This document shows, piece after piece, positions 58,486 to 64,000 of a stretch of DNA of 64,000 nucleotides. The stretch's first letter is position 1. Each line of letters begins with the position of its first letter. Under the pieces are notes generated by a model. That model searched no databases. It was not told the DNA's origin and saw only the letters and a program-made list of their open reading frames with translations. The position numbers and the translations under genes were made by a program. The DNA comes from an uncultured Gemmatimonadales bacterium (lineage in GTDB: Bacteria > Gemmatimonadota > Gemmatimonadetes > Gemmatimonadales > GWC2-71-9), in contig CAVZZO010000003.1 of NCBI GenBank assembly GCA_963779755.1, positions 416,001 to 480,000 on the forward strand, read 5' to 3'.

Positions 58486-58824
58486 TCAGGAAAGGTGCTG
58501 CTGGATCTTGGTGTCGAGCACCGTCTTGGGCACGGCGCCCACGACGGTATCCACGTGCTTTCCGTCCTTGAAGAACAGAATGCTGGGAATCGACCGGATG
58601 TTGAATTTCATGCTGGTGCGCTGGTTGGCGTCGACGTCCACCTTGGCCACGCGCACCTTGCCCTGGTGCTGCTCGGCCAGCTGCTCCAGCACCGGGGCGA
58701 CGATCTGGCAGGGCCCGCACCACGTGGCCCAGAAATCGACCAGCACCAGGCCGTTGCTCTGCTCCACCTCGGCCGAGAAGTTGTCGTCGGTAACCTGCGT
58801 GATGTTGCCGTTGATTCCGCTCAT
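58486..58824 (-). CDS. trxA: Thioredoxin
   Basis: VDFWATWCGPC, IRSIP. Confidence 0.96.
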   Translation of the reverse strand: MSGINGNITQVTDDNFSAEVEQSNGLVLVDFWATWCGPCQIVAPVLEQLAEQHQGKVRVAKVDVDANQRTSMKFNIRSIPSILFFKDGKHVDTVVGAVPKTVLDTKIQQHLS

Positions 58825-58941
58825 GTCTGCTGTTTTCTCCTTCGGCGCCCTGCCCGCCGGGAGCGGGGCCGATTACTTTAGCCGCACACCGGCCCGGCCG
58901 GCGGCGAACGTGTCGGGTGTCATTGTCTGGAGCGCGCTGCC

Positions 58942-59337
58942 ATGCCCCAAACTCCTCGTATTGCCCACGTCGGGATCGCGGTACACGACCTCGACGAGGC
59001 CCTGGCCTTCTACCGCGACGTGCTGGGCCTCGAGCCCGGGCCGCGGGAAACCGCCGACGGCGCCGGCATCGTGGCCCTGCCCTTCGGCGAGTCCGAGGTG
59101 GAACTCCTCACCCCGCTGGAACCGGATGGCCCCATTGCCCGCTTCCTGGCCCGGCGCGGCCCCGGGATTCATCATATCTGCTACCGCGTTCCCGATCTCG
59201 AGGCGGCGCTGGCCGCCTGCCGGGCCGCGGGGTACCGCCTGATAGACGAACACCCTCGCACCGGCGCGGGGGGCCGGCGTATCGCCTTTGTGCACCCCAA
59301 GTCGACCGCGGGTGTCCTGCTCGAGCTCACCGAGTGA
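58942..59337 (+). CDS. mce: Methylmalonyl-CoA epimerase (VOC family)
   Basis: HVGIAV, VELL.P, GPGIHHI, AFVHPKSTAGVLLEL. Confidence 0.9.
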   Translation: MPQTPRIAHVGIAVHDLDEALAFYRDVLGLEPGPRETADGAGIVALPFGESEVELLTPLEPDGPIARFLARRGPGIHHICYRVPDLEAALAACRAAGYRLIDEHPRTGAGGRRIAFVHPKSTAGVLLELTE

Positions 59338-59373
59338 AGAACACCGCGGCGGCCCGGCGGGTTCCCGGCCCGC

Positions 59374-59826
59374 TCAGGGCTGGCAGGGCTTGCCCGGACT
59401 CCCGATCAGCGCCAGGTCGAACTGATAGACCAGCCATTGGCCCTGCCCCGTCCGAATGGTGGTGATCGGGACGGTTCTGGTGCAGCCGGACCGCGAGAAC
59501 TCCACCTCGACGACGCGCTGGTCGTCGCGGCCATGCACCGGCAGATTCTGGACGACCCGATAATGATTGGGTTTCAGATAGGCCTGCATGACCGCGATGC
59601 GGCGAAAATAATCGGGCGGCTGGTTGGTGGCCGACGAAGGCCCCCGCGAGGTGCCCCAGAGCGCCGCCATGGCGGAGAGATTGCTGTCGGCGGCGGCCTG
59701 GAGGAATTGCTCCACCGCACTCTGGCCGGTGGTGGCAGGATCGACGGTACCGGTCCGGTGGCTGCTGCAGGCGGCCGCGAGCACCAGAAAGAGTCCGGCA
59801 ACGACAGATCGTCTCACAGCAGGCAT
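59374..59826 (-). CDS. Hypothetical lipoprotein
   Basis: LAAAC lipobox; AVEQFLQAA...MAALWG pattern. Confidence 0.7.
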   Translation of the reverse strand: MPAVRRSVVAGLFLVLAAACSSHRTGTVDPATTGQSAVEQFLQAAADSNLSAMAALWGTSRGPSSATNQPPDYFRRIAVMQAYLKPNHYRVVQNLPVHGRDDQRVVEVEFSRSGCTRTVPITTIRTGQGQWLVYQFDLALIGSPGKPCQP

Positions 59827-59875
59827 CCGGGGTTGGACTGGACTCGAAAACTAACGGCCACCAGAGGCCCGAGCA

Positions 59876-60607
59876 ATGAGCGCCATGCGATTCTACGTCA
59901 ACATTGATCATGTGGCCACGCTGCGGCAGGCGCGCCGGACCGACGAGCCCGATCCGCTCGCCGCCGCCGCGGCCGCCGAGGCGGGCGGCGCCGAGGGCAT
60001 CACGGCGCATCTGCGGGAGGATCGCCGCCATATCCAGGATGCCGATGTCCGCGCGCTCGCGAGCGCCGTCACCACTGTGCTGAACCTGGAACTCGCCACC
60101 AGCCCGGAGATCGTCCAGCTCGCCGCCGGGTTGCGCCCCTTCCAGGCCACGCTGGTCCCCGAGAGCCGGGAAGAGGTCACCACCGAAGGGGGACTCCGCC
60201 TCTCCGGCGACCAGGCGCGCCTGCGGGAGACCATCGCCCGGCTGAGCGGCGCGGGCATCCGCGTGAGCCTGTTCATTGACCCCGAACCCGGCGTCATCGA
60301 TCAGGCCGCCGCGCTGGGCGTGCCCGCCGTCGAGCTCCACACCGGCCGCTACGCCCACCACTGGCGCGCGGGCGACACGGCGCTCGACGAGCTGCGGCGC
60401 GCCGCCCGGCACGCCCGCGCGGCCGGCCTGGCCGTCCATGCGGGCCACGGCCTCACCTATCGCAACGTGCAGCCGGTCGCGCGAATTCCGGAGATCGAAG
60501 AGCTCAACATCGGCCACAGCGTCGTGAGCCGGGCGATCCTCGTGGGCATGGAGCGTGCGGTGGCGGAAATGAAGGCGCTGGTGGCGGGAGCGAGGGACAA
60601 GGGATAG
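59876..60607 (+). CDS. pdxJ: Pyridoxine 5'-phosphate synthase
   Basis: [39 protein letters not shown]. Confidence 0.97.
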   Translation: MSAMRFYVNIDHVATLRQARRTDEPDPLAAAAAAEAGGAEGITAHLREDRRHIQDADVRALASAVTTVLNLELATSPEIVQLAAGLRPFQATLVPESREEVTTEGGLRLSGDQARLRETIARLSGAGIRVSLFIDPEPGVIDQAAALGVPAVELHTGRYAHHWRAGDTALDELRRAARHARAAGLAVHAGHGLTYRNVQPVARIPEIEELNIGHSVVSRAILVGMERAVAEMKALVAGARDKG

Positions 60608-60649
60608 GGGACAAGGGATCCCCGTCTCCGGTCCCCTGTCCCTTGTCCC
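60593..60649. repeat. Inverted heptamer tracts (GGGACAA)n ... (GTCCCYT)n
   Basis: Overlaps the last pdxJ codons and its TAG stop. Confidence 0.85.
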
Positions 60650-60722
60650 GCTTAGATACCGTTGCCCCATACCTGCTCGTGCCCTACACTATAGTCCCAA
60701 TCATGACTCTCTCCTCTCGCGC

Positions 60723-62471
60723 ATGACCGGCTCCCCCATCGGCATGGCCGAGTACTTCAGCATGGAGGCGGGCGAATACCTCGACCGCCTGCGTACCATG
60801 CTGTCCGGTGCCGAGCCGCCCCCGGCGGATGACTTCGTGCGCTACAGCCGAGCCCTCCGGGGCAGCGCCCTCATGGCGAACCAGCAGCTGGTGGCCCGGG
60901 TCGCCGCGGGGCTGGAAGCTATTGCCAAGGGGTTCCGCGAACAGAAACGCGAGTGGGACGGCGAAACCAGCCGGCGGTCGCGGGGCGCGGTGGATGAGCT
61001 GTCGGACCTGGTGCGGCGGGTGGGCAACTGGAGTGACGGCGAATCGCAGCGCGCCGAGAAGCTGGCGCTCGATCTCGAGGTCTTTACCGGGATCGCCTCT
61101 CCCGGCCGGCCGCGGGTCACCCCGTCTTCCAACACCGGTGTCGGCACAGCCGATTCCGGGGTGCGCGCCTTCGTAGCCCGCGAGGGCGCGCTCGCGGCCG
61201 GCGCACTGGATCGCGCGGGACGCGCCTTGCGCAGCGCGCCCACGGCGCACGAGCCGCTCTATGCGGTGCTCCGCCGGCTGCAAACGCTCCGCGGCCTGGC
61301 GGCGCTGCCCGACCTGACGCCGCTCCCCGACATTCTGGACAGCGTCGAGCTGGCGGTCGGGGAGCTGACCCGCTCCTTTGCGCCGCCGCCGGGCGTCGAC
61401 CAGGTCCTGGACGCCGCGGCGCAGGCCATCTCCCGCGCGGGCCGCGACGTGGCCCAGACCGGCCAGCCGGTCGCCGACAGTCCCGAGGCCCGCCGGTTTA
61501 CCGACCTGCTGGTGCGGACCTTCACGGCGGAAGAGGATGTGGTCCCGGTAGAAGAGCTCTTTTTCGAAGGCGAGGAGGGCACCGTACGCCGCGGGCTGGC
61601 CCCGCAGCAGGGCCCCCTGGGCCAGCTGTCCAGCCTGGAGCTGGTGAGCCAGGGAGAGCATCTCTGCCAGGCAGCCGCCGAACTGCTCCGCGCCCATACA
61701 ACCATCGAGCGCGATCTGCGGACCTTCCGGCTGGGCATCTCGCTGCGGGCGCTGGAGATGGCGGTGGGCGCGGAAATCCCCCGTGCCCTTCCCGTCTTCG
61801 CCGCCACGGCGCGCGATCTCATCGTCCGCGGCCTTATCGGCGATGCCAGCGAGGACTTCGCCGCCCGGCTGCGCGAGGCCGGCGAGCTGCTGCGCGCCCA
61901 GGCCGGCCCCGAAGGCGGAAGCGCGGCGCTGAACGAGGGCCTCCGGCGCCTCGCGCGCGAGCTTCGCGTGCTGGCCGGCCAGAGCCCCGACGTCCTGGTC
62001 TCACCGCCGGTGCCCCAGGCCCCCGAGCCTGACGAGGAAGCGGAGCCGCCCGTCGTCCCCATCGAGAACCTGCTGCTGGCCGAACCCGACGCCGCAGCTG
62101 CCGCCGAGACGCCCGGGCAGCCGGAGGAGGAAGCGCCACAGCCCGCCGCCAGCCAGGAGGCCCGCGCGGCCGAGCCTGAACTCGAGCCTTCCAGTCTCTC
62201 CCGCAGCATCGCCACGCTGGGGCGGCTGCTCCGCGAGCGCGGCCGCGGCCCCGCCTCGCTCCGGGAGTTGCTGGCCGGCGGCGCCGGCCGGCCGGAACCC
62301 GCCATCGTGGCTATTGAAGAGATCTGCTACCGGGGCATCAGCGCGCGGGAGCGGGCGGCGGCGGTGCGGCGGGAGTTGGAGGGCATCCTCCGCGCCGGCA
62401 CCGACCTGCTGCGGGTTCGGCCGCTGCTGGACGAGCTGGTGGATCTGGTGGATCTCGCCGTCGGTGGCTGA
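60723..62471 (+). CDS. Helical hypothetical protein with degenerate HPt-like repeats
   Basis: YFSMEAGEYLDRL...RYSRALRGSA and FVAREG...RRLQTLRGLA. Confidence 0.65.
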   Translation: MTGSPIGMAEYFSMEAGEYLDRLRTMLSGAEPPPADDFVRYSRALRGSALMANQQLVARVAAGLEAIAKGFREQKREWDGETSRRSRGAVDELSDLVRRVGNWSDGESQRAEKLALDLEVFTGIASPGRPRVTPSSNTGVGTADSGVRAFVAREGALAAGALDRAGRALRSAPTAHEPLYAVLRRLQTLRGLAALPDLTPLPDILDSVELAVGELTRSFAPPPGVDQVLDAAAQAISRAGRDVAQTGQPVADSPEARRFTDLLVRTFTAEEDVVPVEELFFEGEEGTVRRGLAPQQGPLGQLSSLELVSQGEHLCQAAAELLRAHTTIERDLRTFRLGISLRALEMAVGAEIPRALPVFAATARDLIVRGLIGDASEDFAARLREAGELLRAQAGPEGGSAALNEGLRRLARELRVLAGQSPDVLVSPPVPQAPEPDEEAEPPVVPIENLLLAEPDAAAAAETPGQPEEEAPQPAASQEARAAEPELEPSSLSRSIATLGRLLRERGRGPASLRELLAGGAGRPEPAIVAIEEICYRGISARERAAAVRRELEGILRAGTDLLRVRPLLDELVDLVDLAVGG

Positions 62472-63513
62472 ACCGGACAGCCGAGCGCCCGCGGTACCCG
62501 CCGGCGGCGGCCGCGCCCAGCTCTGGCGGACGCTGCTGGCGGTTTCCCTGTCGGCCGCTTTCCTCTATTGGGCGCTCCGGGGCGTTCACTTCTCCGACGT
62601 GCTGCACCTTCTGGGCGAGGTCCGCGCCTGGCCCATCGTCATCACCGTTGCCCTCGCCACCAGCACCTTCGTGCTCCGGATCTTCCGCTGGCGCATCCTG
62701 TTGCGCGGCCCCGGCGGTGAACCGCTGCCCACCGGCCCGCTCTGGCATGCCATTGCCATCGGATTCATGGCCAACAACGTGCTGCCCTTCCGCACCGGCG
62801 AACTGCTGCGCAGCCTGGTGATCACCCGGCTCACCCGGACCCGGCTCACCAGCGCGCTGTCGTCCATCGCCGCCGAGCGGCTGTTCGACGGCATCGCGAT
62901 TGTGCTCCTCCTGGCGGTCGGCCTGATCTTTTCGGGACTTCCCGCCGACGCCGGCGTGCAGGGGCATTCCCTGCGGCACATCGCGATCTCGGCCGGAGCG
63001 GTGTTCGCCGCCGGGCTGGTGGTGGCAGCGCTGGTGGTGGCCTTTCCGCGGCAGGCCGAGGCCGTGGTCCGGCGGATGGTGCCCTTTCCCCGGCTGGCTG
63101 AGCGGCTGGTTGCCCTGATCGAAGGCGTGGTACACGGCCTCTCGGTGCTGCAGTCGCCGGCGCGCATGCTGGTGGTGCTCGCCTGGTCGCTGTTCATCTG
63201 GTCGGTGAACGTACTGTCGTTCTATGTGGCGTTCTCCGCCTTCGCCATCCCGGTGAACTTCTTCGGGGCCATGCTGCTGCAGGGCATCCTCGCCTTCGCC
63301 ATTTCGGTACCGTCGGCGCCGGGATACGTGGGCGTGTTCGAAACCGCCATCAAGGCGACGCTGCTGCTCTACGGCATCGGCGAAGACCGGGCGGTCACCT
63401 ACGCCCTGGTCTATCACGCCACCACCTTCCTGCCCATCACCCTGCTCGGCGCCTGGTCGCTGGCCCGCACCGGTATCGGCCTGCGCTCGCTGCGGCGGGC
63501 CGCATCCGCCTGA
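62464..63513 (+). CDS. Lysylphosphatidylglycerol synthase TM / flippase-like membrane protein
   Basis: RIFRWRIL, GFMANNVLPFRTGE, ERLFD, PSAPGYVGVFE; GTG start at 62464 assumed. Confidence 0.88.
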   Translation: MAEPDSRAPAVPAGGGRAQLWRTLLAVSLSAAFLYWALRGVHFSDVLHLLGEVRAWPIVITVALATSTFVLRIFRWRILLRGPGGEPLPTGPLWHAIAIGFMANNVLPFRTGELLRSLVITRLTRTRLTSALSSIAAERLFDGIAIVLLLAVGLIFSGLPADAGVQGHSLRHIAISAGAVFAAGLVVAALVVAFPRQAEAVVRRMVPFPRLAERLVALIEGVVHGLSVLQSPARMLVVLAWSLFIWSVNVLSFYVAFSAFAIPVNFFGAMLLQGILAFAISVPSAPGYVGVFETAIKATLLLYGIGEDRAVTYALVYHATTFLPITLLGAWSLARTGIGLRSLRRAASA

Positions 63514-63515
63514 TC

Positions 63516-64000
63516 ATGGAGCGGGTACGCATCGCGGCGCACGCCAAGGTGAACCTGCTGCTCCGCATTCTGGCGCGTGAAGCGGACGGATACCACGGGC
63601 TGGAAACGGTCTTCTGCCTGCTCGACCTGGCCGATGAGCTGGTGGCGGAGACACGGGATGAGCCGGGCGTCATCCTGCGCAGCGAAGGGCCGGATCTGGG
63701 ACCGCCCGAGGAGAACCTTGCCGTGCGGGCCGCCCGCCTGGTTCTGCAAGCCACCGGCAGCCGTGCCGGGGTGGCGTTGACGCTCACCAAGCGGGTCCCG
63801 GTCCGGGCGGGGCTGGGCGGAGGCTCCAGCGATGCGGCCGCCGCCCTCCTGGCGGTGAACCGCCTGGCGGGCCATGCCGTGCCCCATCACGAACTGCTGC
63901 AGTTCGCCGCCCGGCTGGGGAGCGACACCGCCTTCTTCCTGAGCGCCGCGCCCCTGGCGCTGGCCTGGAACCGGGGCGAGCGTCTCCTGCGGCTGCCGCC
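63516..64000 (+). CDS. ispE: 4-diphosphocytidyl-2-C-methyl-D-erythritol kinase; 3' end runs off the window
   Basis: Own translation: AHAKVNLLLRI..READGYH.LETVF...ENLAVRAA...KRVPVRAGLGGGSSDAA. Confidence 0.95.
   Translation, partial: MERVRIAAHAKVNLLLRILAREADGYHGLETVFCLLDLADELVAETRDEPGVILRSEGPDLGPPEENLAVRAARLVLQATGSRAGVALTLTKRVPVRAGLGGGSSDAAAALLAVNRLAGHAVPHHELLQFAARLGSDTAFFLSAAPLALAWNRGERLLRLP

Overview
High-GC bacterial chromosomal segment. Gene order and protein style suggest Gemmatimonadota, which is an inference. Most of the window is housekeeping: nnr, glyA-rpiB, leucine dehydrogenase, hbd, bioY, thiolase, thrS, valS, selA, gmhB, purN, purH, gltX, a class I aminotransferase, a DinG-type helicase, a sugar ABC transporter, rsmI, trxA, mce, pdxJ and ispE. 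Two tRNA-Ser genes bracket about 13.6 kb of accessory genes: an L,D-transpeptidase, a PolX-N-terminal-like HhH protein, a Pcm-erythromycin esterase fusion, a hydrolase, dodecin, a PRTase, a hydrolase-OsmC fusion and a minor-pilin operon. No CRISPR array, transposase or integrase was seen. The most striking unexplained signal is about 20 short 7-, 8- and 9-nt tandem-repeat tracts at gene junctions. They usually begin at or near a stop codon and are mostly arranged as a purine-rich arm followed by a pyrimidine-rich arm, sometimes with mismatched arms and sometimes translated into protein ends. Three different REP-like palindromic elements are also present. Other items of interest are a JAB-DinG fusion, a protein with His-less HPt-like repeats, and unannotated small ORFs. 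All product calls come from recognising motifs by eye, not from database searches.
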